NCBI GenBank assembly: GCA_951406725.2
Contig: OX597825.1
Coordinates: forward strand, 10,726,001-10,790,000
DNA length: 64,000 nt
Source of the DNA: Octopus vulgaris
Taxonomy: Eukaryota
Reading direction: 5' to 3'
Each line of letters begins with the position of its first letter. Within the stretch, counting starts at the first letter, position 1. Made by a program: the position numbers and the translations under genes. A model generated the notes under the pieces. That model did not search any database, was not told the DNA's origin, and saw only the letters and a program-made list of their open reading frames with translations. This document shows positions 24,751 to 38,158 of the stretch, piece after piece.

Positions 24751-25914
24751 AGAATCTAAAGGAAGAAGAAACAACGTTTTGGACAGAAGCATTCACCAGG
24801 AGAGACAGAGAGAGACAGAGACACAGAGACAGAGAGAGCAAGAATCCCATGTAGGCCTTACAGACACACACCAACTCTGAATGATTTTATTCACACTGGC
24901 CTCGTTGTTTGTTTAACCAAAGTCCATCCAGCCCTCATCGAACAGACTTGTGCACGATAAAGGACACTCCAGTTGCGACCATCTCATCTGTTGGCATACC
25001 TGTGATTGCAATTCAATTAACACGACGTTTTTGTATCTAAGGCGATCGGATGCGATTTGAGAAAGATTTGGCTGCTATTTCTGTTTAACAGAAGGGCTGC
25101 ATAGGTGCCCTGTTTCCCTCTTTCATTGGTTTGCTTCGCCGTTGTTGATATTTTCGGAAGCAGCTCATGGTGAATTTCTTATTTAAGCAGACACTTAAAG
25201 AACACTTAAGAAAAACGATCGAACAGATTGTAAATCTATTTTATCGACCCCCGGGAGAGAGAGAGAGAGAAGGAAAGACAAAGTCGACCTCAGCAAGATT
25301 CGAATTCAAAAAACATTTTGTTGATAAAAAGGTTTGTTTATGGCTGCTACATTTGGGGAAAAGAAAAAACAGATCAATCGCCCGCATAGAAGCTAGAATT
25401 CGAGGTATGAAACCGACTTGCTCGAACATTTCTACATTTTCTCGGTGACTAATGTTAAACACGGTTTTCGAGTGAGACAGTCGAGTAGACAAAGTATGAA
25501 TATCCTTTCTAGATTTGGTCATGGTTAGAACGCTTTTTGTAACGGGCCTTCTAACCCTAACCCTAACCGACCTGGTGTTAAACATGTCTTTTTTTTTTTT
25601 TAGCTATAGGCTTAAGTTTTTTCGTGTTTGTGCAGGGAGAGGCATGACCATCATTCATGTTTTTCGGTTACTTTTCCTCCACATATTATATGCTCGCATG
25701 TCGATACAGTGACATAACATTTGTTGTATTTCATGTTATATGAGTCAGAAGAATGCAGTGGAAATAGTTGCTGGGTTGTTTCGTTAATCAGAGATATTCA
25801 ACATCGGGTTTGAATGGCTAAGATGATGTAAAGATCGGAGGGCGGGGAACCCTTCCAATCAGGAGAAAAAAAGACAAAAAAAACCTTTGGTATTGTATAT
25901 TTTGTAATGTTATT

Positions 25915-26453
25915 GGCATACCTACACAAATGTGCCCCTCCCCTCTAACTTTGTTTCCTCATAACTTCTAGAAAAATTTAATATTTCTTAAATGAAATTT
26001 TCTACAAATATTCTTCATATGGTGTAGGCTACGATTATATAAGAATTTATGGTAAAAAATGTTTTTGAGGGTGAGGTGGGAAGTTGCAGAAAATTGACAC
26101 CAGCCGGCTTTGATTCCTTATATCTTTGAGAAAAAATGGGTATTTTCTAATGAAATCTTCTACAAATACCTTTCAGAGTGTTTAGATTACGGTTATATAG
26201 GAATTTAATATTAGAAAAACTGGTTGACTCCTACACATACTGACACACATCACAATTTTTTTTTTGAAAATTTCATTTTGATATATATGTAATGTGTACG
26301 AGCGGACCAAATATTTTTTATATATATTAAATTCAGATCTAATCATAATCTACACACTCTGACAGGTAATTTTAGAAAATTTCATTGAAAAGTATCCATT
26401 TTTCTTAAAGTTATGAGGAAATAAAGTCGGGGGCACACTTGTGTAGGTATGCC
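25915..26453. mobile_element. MITE with long imperfect TIRs
   Basis: GGCATACCTACACAAATGTGCCCC ... GGGGCACACTTGTGTAGGTATGCC, complementarity extending ~80 bp inward. Confidence 0.8.
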
Positions 26454-27244
26454 TTGATGGTGTAATTTATTTGTTTCACAAGTTTTTTCATCAGTCCCAA
26501 ATATCTTTTCATTTCAGGTAACTTCCTCCACCCCCAAAAAACCCTTGTCTATTCCCTACAGTATGTTTAGTGAATTAAATACAATGAATTGTCTTGCCCA
26601 GATACAGTGCAGCAAGGCCTGTACTAGAGGTAGCCACTTCGTGGTTGCTCAACATGCTAGAAATGGCTGCTAAATCTCCTTAGACTCATACCATGCGACC
26701 TTAAAAATAAAGAAACGACACATTGGATAATAATGTAATTGAACTACAAGTTCCCTTGTAGTTAAAAAAAAAAGTGGGATGGTCATGGCCAGAATATCGT
26801 TTATGAAAGATCTTGTCTGTCATGGTTGACTTGAGACTAAACATCATCTTCAAACAGGACTCCAAGACGTCCAAATTCTTCAGTTATTTAACCACTTGGC
26901 TTTCACTCTTCCCCGTTGGCTAACTTACTGAGACTGCCAACACCTCTCACTTGCAATAGCTTCATATTCCAGCATTTTAAAAGTTTTTTTTTTTTTTTGC
27001 ACCCATGACACCACGTAACAGCAGTTGGACAAACGGGTTCAATAAAATTAAAAACCATTTTATGCAGCAGATGTGGAACAATCTGACACAGACCAAATAT
27101 TTTGGAAACTGTCTGTGCTGATGACTCATTTGTGTGTGTGTGAGTGTGCATACATATGCATACATGCACATGTGCACAAAACTGAAATTGCCAGCTCAAG
27201 CTGTTGTCTGTACTTAAATACACACATGCTTGCATATATATACT

Positions 27245-27641
27245 CTTTTACTCTTTTACTTGTTTCAGTCATTTGACTGCGGCCATGCTGGAGCACCGCC
27301 TTTAGTCGAGCAAATCGACCCCCAGGGCTTATTCTTTGTAAGCCCAGTACTTATTCTATCGGTCTCTTTTGCCGAACCGCCAAGTTACAGGGACGTACAC
27401 ACACCAGCATCGGTTGTCAAGCAATGCTAGGGGGACAAACACAGACACACAAACACACATATATATATACACATTTATATGACAGGCTTCTTTCAGTTTC
27501 CGTCTACCAAATCCAGTCACAAGGCATTGGTCGGCCCAGGGCTATAGCAGAAGACACTTGCCCAAGATGCCACGCAGTGGGAATGAACCCGGAACCATGT
27601 GGTTGCTAACCAACCTACTTACCACACAGCCACTCCTGCGC
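27245..27641 (-). mobile_element. SINE family A, full length
   Basis: Reverse complement of family A consensus. Confidence 0.9.
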
Positions 27642-28140
27642 CTATATATACATGGGGTTAGAACTTTAAACACCTGGAATATTCATCACTAAAATTATAG
27701 AGGCCCCTTTTATATAAAAGACCACAAAAATATATAACCAAACCAGCTAAATGACATAATTGTACGTAACAACAAACAAAATGAGGACGATATCCGTCAA
27801 ATGTAAATAATGTAAATAATGTGTTATACGGTGTCTAAATGTTAGACATATCTTTTACTTGTTTCAGTCATTAGACTGTGACCTTGAAGGATTTTAGTAG
27901 AACAAATTGACCCCAGTACTTATTCTCTAAGCCTAGTACTTATTCAGTCGGTCTCATTTGCTGAACTGCTAAGTTGTGGGTGACATAACCACACCAACAC
28001 CAGTTGCCAAGTAGTGGTGGTGACAAGCACAGACACAAAGACACACACACACATGTATAAATGGGTTTCTTTTAGTTTCCACCTATCAAAGTCAGAAGGC
28101 TTTAGTCAGACCAAGGCTGTAGAAGACAACTTGTTCAACA

Positions 28141-28557
28141 TATATTTCTTTACTACCCACAAGGGGCTAAACATAGAGGGGACAAACAAGGACAGACAAA
28201 GAGATTAAGTCGATTACATCGACCCCAGTGTGTAACTGGTACTTAATTTATCAACCCCGAAAGGATGAAAGGCAAAGTCGACCTCGACGGAATTTGAACC
28301 CAGAACGTAACAGCAGACGAAATACCTATTTCTTTACTACCCACAAGGGGCTAAACACAGAGGGGACAAACAGGGACAGACAAATGGATGAAGTCGATTA
28401 CATCGACCCCAGTGCGAAAGTGGTACTTTATTTATCGACCCCGAAAAGATGAAAAGCAAAGTCGACCTCGGCGGAATTTGAACTCAGAACGTAACGACAG
28501 ACGAAATACCGCTAAGCATTTCGCTCGGCACGCTAACGTTTCTGCCAGCTCACCGCC
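28141..28557 (-). mobile_element. Dimer of SINE family B nested in an old family A copy (~27853-28628)
   Basis: Junction rc of 'gaaata|ggtatttc' at ~28326; 'caacat' on both flanks. Confidence 0.82.
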
Positions 28558-29030
28558 CAACATGCTGCACCGAACCCAGAACCTTATGGTTGTGAAGCAA
28601 ACTTCTTACCACACAGCCACAATTGTGCCTGAAAATTAATCAATTGTGGTACTGTTACCAAGAATAACTCTTTAAATAAGGGGCCACAGTTCATTTTACC
28701 CAGTTTCACTCAGAATGCTTGAATTGATCTGAAAATAATTGCCAATAGACCAAGCTGTAAGATTGAAGTCAGTGACTTGTAATTCCGAAGCAAGCCTCTG
28801 AGTCACTGAACTATGTTTGCTGTTTGCGTTCATTGTTGCGTGCTTCTATTGAATCCTCTTCATATAATGTCTGCTTTCCATGCTGGCATGGGTTGGATGG
28901 TTTGACAGGAGCTGGCTGGGTAGAAGACTGCACCAAACTTCGTCTATTTTGGCAGGGATTTTACAGCTGAATGCCCTTCCTAAAGCCAACCACCCCACAG
29001 AGTGAAAGCATCCATATATAAATATATATA

Positions 29031-29356
29031 TATATATTAGTCATACAATATAGTGTATATTTAAACACATGAGGAATCCACTCACAGGAATTCAACACGC
29101 TAGAAAGAACAGCTAGGTTCTATAACCACAAAAATTAGGGATAAAATTCGACAGGAACAAAATGAAAAATAAAAACATTTTACCATCTAGTTTCCTGGAC
29201 CAATTGGTTTGTTTTTATTTTTCATTTCGTTCCTGTTGAATTTTATCCCTAATTTTTGTGGTTATAGAACCTAGCTGTTCTTTCTAGCATGTTGAATTTC
29301 TGTGAGTGGATTCTTCATGTGTTTAAATATACACTATATCCTATGACTAATATATA
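29031..29356. repeat. Long inverted repeat (~145-bp arms, ~30-nt spacer) between (TA)n tracts
   Basis: tatattagtcata...aaataaaaaca / tgtttttattt...tatgactaatata. Confidence 0.9.
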
Positions 29357-29429
29357 GTCTTTTGGACTAAATTTTTACATGTTAGACCACTGGAAATGTA
29401 AATTTTAATTAATTTCCCATTGATATGAT

Positions 29430-29486
<57 letters not shown>

Positions 29487-29504
29487 GTGTGTGCATCTAT
29501 ATAT

Positions 29505-29894
29505 ACTCTTTTACTTGTTTCAGTCATTTGACTGCGGCCATGCTGGAGCACCGCCTTTTTTAATCGAGCAACTCAACCCCGGGACTTATTCTTTTTGTAA
29601 GCCCAGTACTTATTCTATCGGGCTCTTTTGCCGAACCGCTAAGTAACGGGGACATAAACACACCAGCATCGGTTGTCAAGCAATGCTAGGGGGACAAACA
29701 CAGACACACACGCATATATATATATATACATATATACGATGGGCTTCTTTCAGTTTCCGGCTACCAAATTCACTCACAAGGCTTTGGTCGGCCCAAGGCT
29801 ATAGTAGAAGAACCTTGCCCAAGGTGCCACGCAGTGGGACTGAACCCGGAACCATGTGATTGGTAAACAAGCTACTTACCACACAGCCACTCCT
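29505..29894 (-). mobile_element. SINE family A, full length
   Basis: Reverse complement of family A consensus. Confidence 0.9.
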
Positions 29895-30748
29895 ACACAT
29901 AGATACAGATTTGGTCTTCTGTGCTTGTAGACATGCAACCTCTTCTCCATCACTAAGTGTAATATTCACAATGACTATGGGGGTTTACATTTCAAAGCTT
30001 TTGATATTAACTTCTGTTACCATGGTTACAGTTATTGCTCCATAACCAGTCACTATTATATCACATTATTTTGGATCATCTTAGACACTTAGACTCTTAA
30101 TTTTATTTCACCCTTCAGCATTCACATTACTCTGTCAACTCCAATGTTCATTTATTCACATTGCTTTCAACCAATCAATTATCATCTTGTAAGCTTTTAA
30201 ATTTCGGTGATATGATTGCAGATTTTCAAAATGACATTGTAGGATAGGTGTGAGAGGCAAGACCTGGCCAGTTTGAACATAAAACAAGTAGACTATTTGG
30301 GCTGGATTTCGCCGGATTAAACCTTGATAGGCTTTGAGCAAGATTCTTAACTAATTCATATCAATTTTCATGGAAAGATACTAAGTGTCTAGTCTAGTTA
30401 GGGAAGTTAAACTATGGTAGGTAGATGTGCTTTCCAACTAGAAAATTGCTCTCTCGTTTGTTTATTGGTAAAAGTTTCAATTTGTTTAAAAAGTTGTTAA
30501 ACTCTTCTGAGCTTGTTTTGTTTTCTGTTTATTTATTTTATTCTTTTTACATTTTCAGAAATCAAAGCTGGAATTGGTGATGGACACAGTGAAGCTTGCA
30601 TCATAGATGAGAAGAAAACACTTATGAAGACCCATTGAGAGAGAAATCTGGTTCTAATTAACAGTGGACTGAGCGGATTCTGTGGATAGATTTCTTCAAG
30701 TTGTGTTCTATTCTCAATATCTCTCTATTAAGTTCAGCTAAGTCCAAA

Positions 30749-31816
30749 ATGGAAGAAGCTAGGCAATACTTCCCATTTGAAATGCTACCTGACCTTTGCA
30801 AGCAGAAGATCTTCTCTTACCTGAATGCTGTGGATAAAGGCCACTCAGCACAGGTGTGTACTAATTGGCGAGACCTCATGTCTTCGTCTGTTTGGGACAC
30901 AATTGATCTTTCATCAGACTTGGGATTCGGGTGTCTTCCGTCGGCAACCCATTCGGTGGAGGGCAAAGAGTGCCACGAATGTTACTGCAAGAGGGTTAAT
31001 GATTTCTTCATCTATCTCAACCGAATACAGCCTACCATACGTCGCTTGGATTTTTATTTTGATATCGGAGACATTAACAACAACAGCAACAACTACCTGG
31101 ACAACATCCAGCGTGGACTTATTCCATCACTCTGTAAGCACTTGCGTTATGTCCGTGTGAACTGGAAGGACTCGAGAGACCGATGGCTCGATCCGGGTCA
31201 CCAGCCAGATCAAGATGCCGTGTACAGCTACAAACTGCATCTACGACGGTTCACACATTTCTTTGAGTATTTCACAACAATTGTACCATCTCTCACCACT
31301 TTAATTCTACCATTTGATTGGAACCAAAAGACAATACAAAGCTTAACTCGGCTCAAGAGCCTTCAGTCACTAGTCTTGAAACGGGTTGTCTGTAGTCAAT
31401 CTCTGATGCAGAGCCACTTGGATCTCGTTCTCTCAGAGCTTCCGTCTTTGAAACAGTTGCTCTTAGAAGTATGGTTACCAAGTGGGGATGGACTGATTCC
31501 GTACACACTAAAATCTGATTCACTAGAAAATTTGGACATTTCCGAAAGTCATGGACTTTATCTAAATCATGTGGATATGCCTCATTTGAAAGGCATTCGT
31601 ATCGCACGTCACATTTTACATGGACCCTTAAAAACATTCAACAGATTAAATCTGCCGTGTTTGCACAGTGTACTGTCAAACGGGGCGCCAACACTCTCAA
31701 AAATTAACGATCATTATCTTCAACCTAATTGGCGCCACGAAATTTATGTGACTTTGGAAGAAGTGCTTCGGGCGGTCTGTTCTTGCCGGAACCATCTCAC
31801 TGATTTAATTGTGTGA
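30749..31816 (+). CDS. F-box protein with LRR-like C-terminal region, 355 aa, CDS in one exon
   Basis: ATG in good context (caaaATGg); F-box LPDLCKQKIFSYL...AQVCTNWRDL..SVW; LRR-like LxxLxL units (LTTLIL, LQSLVL, LKQLLL, LENLDI); acceptor ttttcAG at 30558. Confidence 0.88.
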   Translation: MEEARQYFPFEMLPDLCKQKIFSYLNAVDKGHSAQVCTNWRDLMSSSVWDTIDLSSDLGFGCLPSATHSVEGKECHECYCKRVNDFFIYLNRIQPTIRRLDFYFDIGDINNNSNNYLDNIQRGLIPSLCKHLRYVRVNWKDSRDRWLDPGHQPDQDAVYSYKLHLRRFTHFFEYFTTIVPSLTTLILPFDWNQKTIQSLTRLKSLQSLVLKRVVCSQSLMQSHLDLVLSELPSLKQLLLEVWLPSGDGLIPYTLKSDSLENLDISESHGLYLNHVDMPHLKGIRIARHILHGPLKTFNRLNLPCLHSVLSNGAPTLSKINDHYLQPNWRHEIYVTLEEVLRAVCSCRNHLTDLIV

Positions 31817-32817
31817 GTGTTGTTAGAAGGTACCACAATTTGTTTTTTTTAATCTTTACAAACAGGTGTTGTAAGGAAAGGTATGACTGCAAACAAACAT
31901 TAAAAAAAAATAGAGAGAGAGAGAGAAAATGCGAAGGAAATGAATTTGAAATATGCAAACAATTGAATGCTCAAATGAATGTGTATGGTTTTATTTTCAC
32001 AAACATATATGCACATGCATGTGTTCACACATATACATACATATATAGATATCTGCATTGAATACTGAATGTACACCTTTGTGCATATACATACACACAT
32101 ATTTATCAATTTCCTTCACTTTTGGTCAAAATTATGTGTGTATGCATACATGTGGTCTGTATAAGTGTATGTGTGTATAAAGTGTATATGTAGAGGACAG
32201 ATATGTGTTTTAATATATCAGCTGTTTTTCAGTTGCACATTATGTCTATTAATGATATACTCATATACATCTACTTTTATGTTGATACATAGATACACTC
32301 TTATACACACACATACCATTTATATATGTATTATCATGCAAGTGTACACAAATATACATTCTTGTGTATATGAATGTAGAAACTATTCTCTGTGCATAGA
32401 CATGCAAACATAAAATCATGTGTGTATATATGAACAAGCATGTGCAACTGTGTGTAGACATTAAATTTTATGCATTATATATGTGTATATATATATATAT
32501 ATATATGGGAAATCCCTTCATGTCATTTTGGGGTGGTTTTGCTGTACTGCTCACAAATTAATAATCTATTCCTAAACATAACGACAGTGAATTGGGGCTA
32601 GAAACTTCCAGAACATCTTAATTTCCAGCCATACTCCATATCACCTGTGTCTTCGCTGTTTTGTTTTCTGTGCATTGTTTTCCATCTTCCGCCTGTCTAC
32701 AAGATTTCATACCATTTTTACCACAAAAGACTGGAGCACCTCTGTTTCATAGTTACAACAAATATAGTTTATTATTATTATACACATAGACACATAAGTG
32801 TATGTACGTGTCCACAT

Positions 32818-33019
32818 AGCTGGATAAATATTCTTAATTTGTGGGTAATCAAATATACCATTAGTTTCAGGCCAAGAGAAATCTCTCAACAATTATCAAT
32901 TTTCTCCAACATTCCATGTGGAAGACTTGATAATTGTTAAGAGATTTCTCTCTTCGCATGAAACCAACGGTAGCCTTGTTAACCCACAAATAAGTAACCA
33001 TAAATTTTATCTTCCAGCT
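32818..33019. repeat. Imperfect ~200-nt hairpin downstream of the F-box stop
   Basis: Paired blocks agctggataaa/tttatcttccagct, atttgtgggtaa/ttaacccacaaat, taccattagtttca/tgaaaccaacggta, agagaaatctctcaacaattatcaa/ttgataattgttaagagatttctct. Confidence 0.8.
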
Positions 33020-34764
33020 TACATGTAGTGTTAGACATTACCAGGGTCACTGATTTTGGTAGGTTTTCTAATTGTATTACATTCCTGACCGTTGTGCAAG
33101 AGAGAATGAGATGACCTCTGAGCGTGTGGAGATTTCTGTGTCTGTTTCTGCACTTGTAAACTTTCCAGGAGCGAAAGTAATAACAAAGCGAAATATAGAG
33201 ATTTAACGATAAATTTATTGCTTACTCAGAAAATATATTATACCAACCTTGGCACCATCAAATTACACCTTTTCTCTTTGATCAAATTAAGCTGCGTATG
33301 CTTATCTGATGTGTTAGGGGTGTAATAGGGAGCAGCTTTAACTTTTCCTTACTCTCAAATTATTATTTACAAATACTGTTAACTGTTCAATATTTTATGA
33401 GGAAAAATAACAAAAATCTTTGTTAATTTATTTAAATGTGTGTGTAAGGCAGTGAGCTGGCAGAACCATTAGCATGTCAGGCGAAATGTCTGTCTTGATG
33501 TTCTGAGTTCAAATGCCACCAAGGTTGACTTTGCCGTTCATCCCTTCGGGGTCGATAAAATAAGCACTTATTCAGCACTGGAGTCGATGTAATTGACTTA
33601 CCCCCTCCCACCCAAATTGCTGCCCTTCTGTCAAAATTTGAAACCAGTTTATTTATTTATGTGTGTGTGTGTGTATGTATGTATGTGTGGTGGGAATATA
33701 ATATAGTTAGGAAAATACCAGGTCTATTGGCTTTTCCATGGTAACCCTTTCATCTGTTGGTTGTTCTGTTTTCCTAAAAGACATTTCCATTTCTCTTCTT
33801 CCTTGAAAGTTAATTCCCCTGGAGTTAGTGTCTCCATAATTACATTATTCATAATATTTCAAATAATTGAAAATGGCACCGCTAATGAAGGTGGTTTTTA
33901 TGGTGTCTAATTCTGAGGATTCAGTTCTCACCTCTAATGTTTCAATCCCAGATGGAGTGGGGTCAGGTGCAACTTATGCATTTATTTTATTTATTTTTTT
34001 AAATAACCAAAATTTTACTTAAGCGTGGTACACGTCACCATATCTTTTATTAACAGTGGGGCACAACACTGGCTTGTACCATGATTTGAACTTGTGTCCT
34101 TATGGCCAGTAATAAAGCACCTTACCCTCACAACCATTGGGTGTCGTGGTGAGTCTGATAAATCACTGAATCTTCGTTGTAGATACCCGTAGCAAGGACA
34201 AGTCTGTTTGGCTGTGCTAATCTCTCTGCTTTTGGTAACCACAGGAACTAACGAACCACCTTGCAGTATTGTTGTCACTCGCTAGAAATATCAGCTAAAT
34301 CTCCCTTAAATCACAGTGCTGTATCTCGAAAAACAGTACACACTAAACCAGTGTACTCCTGGATGTATCAGATCTGATCTGGAGCTAAACAGCAATCGTG
34401 GGGTTGGTTTTACTTTGTAATGCATGTTTACCACTGGACGGACTCTAACAAATAATATTGACTGCTATAATAATAATAATAATAATTGTATTAGAATGGT
34501 AGTGAATGAAATGAGAACCTTACAGTTGTCTTCTACCTTTATTGACTTTGCCATTCATACCTGAATATCATTAATTGAAATTGAAAGAAAAATTACGTTT
34601 CTGTCTAACGAAGATGTTTTTATGTAAGACATTTTTTGTTTTGAAAACATTAGTAATTTTATGATTCCAGACCTGGGTAATTTTTATATAAATGAGCAGT
34701 AGGGAGAAGTACATATTGTGTTCTAGGCATTGATGTGTAGGTACTTTGAACATATCACAGTGTA

Positions 34765-34960
34765 CAGTGATCCCTAATTTATTGCGGTAGATTAGTTCCG
34801 AGACCGGCTGCGATAACTGAATTTCTGCGAAGTAGGGACACCATATTTACAGTATTCATTTAATGTGTATTTGGACTTTTAAAACCCTCCCTGTACTGTT
34901 AACAACCCACCCATTACTGTAGTCTATTAATAACAAGGACAACTGTTAAGCAATAACACT
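34765..34960 (+). mobile_element. pogo/Tigger-like DNA transposon 5' remnant
   Basis: TA|CAGTGATCCCT...TTATTGCGG...GTTCCGAGACC..CGATAACTGAATTTCTGCGAAGTAGG resembles Tigger-type termini. Confidence 0.5.
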
Positions 34961-37914
34961 TTAGATTTAAAAAAATAAAGATTGGTACCGTTACACAGGC
35001 CAGATTACAAAATAGAAAGCTGTGATTTGTCGTCTCCTTCCATTGCATTAATCACAGCCCATCTTAAGCCTATTATAATAAAGACATCTATATATGTACC
35101 TAAATGTGGTAAATTGTGACAGCCAGGTAAATTGATCTTGCATCTCAAAGGACATAATGCATGATAGGTTCCCAAGCATTCAGTAACAGTGGACTAGTTT
35201 CTGCAGGAATGGACCTTAGTTGACCGCATCAACCTCAGCTTATTACTGGTATTTGTCAGTACTGGTTGACCCTTGGTAAAGTTTGAACCAAGACTGAAGA
35301 AAGAGATGAAACTAAACAAAATAGGGCATTTAATCTTGTACTTTACTCTTTCTGCCAACTTATCTTTTTTTGATGACCACCCTTCAGGATTGTCTGGGTG
35401 CTCTACTCAGTGTCTGCTTCTTAAGAATCCTCAGAGTTCCATCTTCAGCCTGGTGCAAAATGGAAGCAATATTACACCCTGTCTTAAAGGCGGTGAGTTG
35501 GCAGAATCATTAGCAAGTCAGGCAAATTGCTTAGTGGCATTTTGTCTGTCTTTATGTTCTGAGTTCAAATTTCACTAAGGTCAACTCGGCCTTTTATCTT
35601 ATCATGGTCAATAAAGTAAGTACCAGTTGAACACTGGGGTTGATGTAATCATGCCCCCCCCCCCCCCATCTCCCAAAATTGCTGGCCATGTGCCAAAATT
35701 TGAAACCAAATATTACATCCTGTCTAATTAGAATATTCTGTCCGTTTGTTGCTCCAATCCTCACATTGACCCCCAAAGAGTGATGCATTCAGGATTGTAT
35801 CACCCCTGACAGAATGACTGGATCATTTGAAAGGTGGATGTATCCAACCTAGATACAATGTGGTACCGAGCAAAGCTAGTGATTTGAAACTTTGACTTCT
35901 AGGCTTGTTGTTCGGTTCACTGCCAAGTCCATCATCCATGCACGATGTATGTTGTTGGAAACAGGTGGGTAGGAGTGTATGAATGGATGAGAAACTGGAT
36001 GGAATCTTAATCCTTAGTAATCAATCTAGAATTAGTTAATCAGCTCAAAGTAAGACAATGTAGTCTAGAGAATACCTGACACTCTCTCTTTTTCTCTAGT
36101 GCTAGTTCCATCTCGTATAAAATGCTCCCAGGATACTCTGTAAAGTAAGTATTAGGAATGGCATCTAGTCATAGAAAACACGCAGGTAACGGAACAGCTG
36201 AGCAAGACTTGTTCATCCTACTGATCTAAGATGGCAGTAATTCAAATCAGAAGAGACTCAAACCCTCATTAACACTTTCTTTACATTCTACATTAAAAAA
36301 CTGACCCTTTTTCACTTTGTGATGAATTATTAAGTAAACCCCTAAAATTAAACTGACATGGTGTTTAAGAAAAAAAAAGAAATTATTATAATGTATCTTA
36401 AGTACTGAGTGTGATGTAGGTGGCGTTGGCATCACTATTTCAAAGGGGAGGTAACAAGGACACAAATGATGATATGGTTTGTTTTTTTCTTCTTTTGTTA
36501 GTATTTTAAAACTTTTCAGGAAATTTTTAAAAGGTGAGCAGCATTAATTACCACCACAGTGTTTCTTTAGAGTCAAAAGGAATGGTAAACTGAAAAAGAG
36601 TCCAAGAGTCACTATTTCCTTTTTATCTAGCGAAATACCCCCCATACTGCACAAAAATCTCATGATTGATTTTTACATTTCTTGACATCTTTGAGGAAAG
36701 AATCCAGATACTGAGGAACGAAATGATCTTACGTTGTTTGTTTCCTCTCTTCCAGACCCACCACCCAATCTCCATGTCTTTGGAACAATGGAATCATTAC
36801 ACAATTTCTTCATCTCACCATTTTTTATTTTCCTTTAGCCAATCCATTGGATCTAAATTTTTAATATTTTTACTTTAACTTATTTTACTCCCTTCTTCCA
36901 TCGTTCTGTAGAGTGGGAAGAAGATTGATCTTTTGACTTTCCCCTGAAGAAAATGGCTCTGTTCTATATACATAAGTACATGTTTGTGTCTATGTTTGTA
37001 TATTCATACCTGTCTGTCACAATCCCTGTCTCCACAGACTCTCCACCACTCCCTACATTCTGTGTAAAAACTTATAAATCAAACAGAAAAAGAAAAAAAA
37101 CTGACCCTTTTTTTTTTCCTTCTTAAAATAAAACCAACAAAAAAAAAAGATGCAATTGGTGGTTCAGCATCAGTCCGGTCACAACTGGTGTTTGTTATGT
37201 ACTACCTGGCAAAATAATACTGATGTTATTGCATGCTAACTAAAAATAAGGAAGAAAAAAATGTAAAAATACAATGAAAACAAAAAGACAGGTTGATAAC
37301 TACAATGCTGTGTGTGTGTGTATGCGTGTGTCAAACATTCATACATGTGAATAAAATATGAAAATAAAAAGAAATATTTAAAAATTTTGGCTTCTGTTTT
37401 TCTTTCAAAAGGTAACACTTCTAATATATTCATGTTCTTGGATATACCTGTAAAAACCTATGTAATTTATGCACTTTTTTCTGCATAAATGACTAGAAAA
37501 GCACTTGGAGAGCGCAGACCTCAGCCTAGCAGCTCATTTCCACCTATATACACGCATGCTGAAAATCGCCCAATTTCCCAAACCAACGCCGGTTTCATAC
37601 AAGTTTTGTATGAAATTTCATTAAAAGATATCTGTTCTTCTGAAAGTTGGGAAACAAATTTTGTGGGGCACAGTCAGTAATCTCTTGACTATTGCAGGTG
37701 TTATGTTTCCAAGCCCTGTCGATAGGTGAAAATCCATGAAATAGAAACGGTACTGTATTGCGTATATTTTTTTTTTATTATCATGTTATCCTCCGCAGAC
37801 CTTTGCCAAGCAGCTCATTTTAAGAGAGCTACGTGAGTAAAAATTACTAGCACAAACACTTTGTAATTTAATAGCTTTTAATGTGATACCTGTTAAACAG
37901 AAATTATTTTCATT

Positions 37915-38158
37915 TCGCCTGGCCCCCGTGCCAGTGGCATGTAAAAAGCACCATCCGACCGTGGCTGTTTGCCAGCCCCGTCTGGTACGTAAAAAGCACC
38001 CACTACACTCACGGAGTGGTTGGCGTTAGGAAGGGCATCCAGCCGTAGAAACATTGCCAGATCAGACTGGGCCTGGTGCAGCCTCCTGGCTTCCCAGACC
38101 CCAGTTGAACTGTTCAACCCATGCTAGCATGGAAAGCGGACGCTAAATGATGATGATG
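37915..38158 (+). mobile_element. SINE family C
   Basis: ggcatgtaaaaagcacc repeats, ggttggcgttaggaagggcatcc, (GAT)n tail. Confidence 0.88.

Noticed and set aside
25552-25568. Telomeric (CCCTAA)n
   Set aside because: Fewer than three full units and interstitial; not a chromosome end.
30701-30748. N-terminal extension of the F-box ORF
   Set aside because: ORF track starts at TTG; the first ATG in good context is 30749.
30825-31637. Alternative-frame and antisense ORFs within the F-box CDS
   Set aside because: Shadow ORFs with no recognisable features.
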